A DNA stretch of 32,023 nt, from NCBI GenBank assembly GCA_046726415.1, contig JBKPAK010000293.1, positions 1 to 32,023 on the forward strand. The letters run 5' to 3'. Source of the stretch: Candidatus Methylomirabilota bacterium (GTDB lineage: Bacteria; Methylomirabilota; Methylomirabilia; Rokubacteriales; CSP1-6). Below, one piece after another: positions 31,894 through 32,023 of the stretch; within the stretch, counting starts at the first letter, position 1; every line of letters starts with the position of its first letter. A model generated the notes under the pieces. The model was not told the origin of the DNA. It made no database searches and saw only the letters and a program-made list of their open reading frames with translations. The translations under genes and the position numbers were made by a program.

Positions 31894-32023
31894 TGGCCGA
31901 TCGACTCACCCTCGAGATCGCGACTCCGACGCGGCAGATCGTGGCGGACACGGTCGACGAGGTCGTCGCTCCCGGCACGGAAGGGTACTTCGGCGTCCTG
32001 CCCGGTCACGCGCCGTTCTTGAC
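31893..32023 (+). CDS. atpC: ATP synthase F1 subunit epsilon, 3'-truncated by the window edge
   Basis: GTG overlaps the atpD TAG and reads MADRLTLEIATPTRQIVADTVDEVVAPGTEGYFGVLPGHAPFL. Confidence 0.95.

Overview
High-GC bacterial chromosomal window spanning the replication origin. From about 8.2 kb to the end it holds the core oriC neighbourhood. On the - strand are dnaA-dnaN-recF-gyrB-gyrA-serS and an ACT-domain gene. On the + strand are rpmH-rnpA-yidD-yidC-mnmE-rsmG, two parS sites, parA-parB-mnmA and atpF-H-A-G-D-C (atpC truncated by the window edge). The first 8 kb is a decaying accessory region. It contains the 3' end of a lysyl-oxidase/IPT-domain gene and a broken tandem paralog, a DsbA gene with an in-frame TGA, two paralogous secreted Ig-like-repeat/FN3 proteins, an ISL3 relic, orphan 3' gene fragments and a small lipoprotein. 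The most unusual observations are: (i) rnpA has no start codon of its own and its frame is open through all of rpmH; (ii) mnmE has no canonical start, and the best candidate is an SD-preceded ACG; (iii) a 66-bp double-hairpin tandem array between atpH and atpA lies in an ORF with ATGA overlaps at both ends; (iv) palindromic REP/MITE-like inserts sit inside essential operons; (v) the origin looks bipartite, with a GC-shifted DnaA-trio site. Gene order and repeat style suggest to me a Rokubacteria/Methylomirabilota-like organism, but that is unverified inference. All family calls come from motif recognition by eye, with no database searches.
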